From: Carcharhinus longimanus
Lineage: Eukaryota
Length of the DNA stretch: 64,000 bases
Reading direction: 5' to 3'
Assembly: GCA_030264375.1 (NCBI GenBank)
Contig: JASCQW010000043.1
Span: 73,880,680 to 73,944,679, forward strand
Shown here: positions 63,855 to 64,000 of the stretch, one piece after another
Layout of the letters: the number at the start of each line of letters is the position of its first letter
Numbering within the stretch: position 1 is the stretch's first letter
Position numbers and translations under genes: made by a program
Notes under the pieces: generated by a model
Seen by the model: only the letters and a program-made list of their open reading frames with translations
The model's database searches: none
Told to the model about the DNA's origin: nothing

Positions 63855-64000
63855 ATGGAATTAAAATTCAGAACATCAAATATAGTAACCTCAGGAATAT
63901 GTGCAAACAAAAGCAGGAATAAGATGTTAGACCTACGAATGACTGGAGAGGTGGTACATCCAGGAGGGATTCAGATTCTTGAGGTACTGGGACTGGTTCC
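63855..64000 (+). mobile_element. CR1 ORF1 esterase-like fragment
   Basis: LKFRTSNIVTSG...LERWYIQEGFRFLRYWDWF. Confidence 0.6.

Overview
Eukaryotic (vertebrate) genomic DNA. The repeat families (HE1/V-SINEs, CR1/HER1, Rex1/Babar, Penelope-like elements) point to a cartilaginous fish, most likely a shark. The window lies inside the death-associated protein kinase 1 gene (DAPK1) on the + strand. Fourteen GT-AG coding exons (19468-54400) join in frame and cover most of the kinase domain, the CaM-regulatory segment and the first ankyrin repeats; one of them contains an N gap. The first coding exon and the ROC-COR/death-domain exons were not found in the window. The introns are packed with retroelements. 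Most notable extras: (1) an intact 171-nt NLR/ribonuclease-inhibitor-type LRR exon on the - strand, apparently inside a DAPK1 intron (62540-62710); (2) short Penelope-derived fold-back elements with hammerhead-ribozyme-like cores and about 13-bp target duplications; (3) one V-SINE body carrying either a CR1 tail or a Rex1/Babar-like tail; (4) a 380-bp local duplication bracketing two ankyrin exons; (5) an unexplained CpG-rich 92-aa ORF in the long upstream intron. Family names come from recalled motifs, not database searches, and repeat boundaries are approximate.
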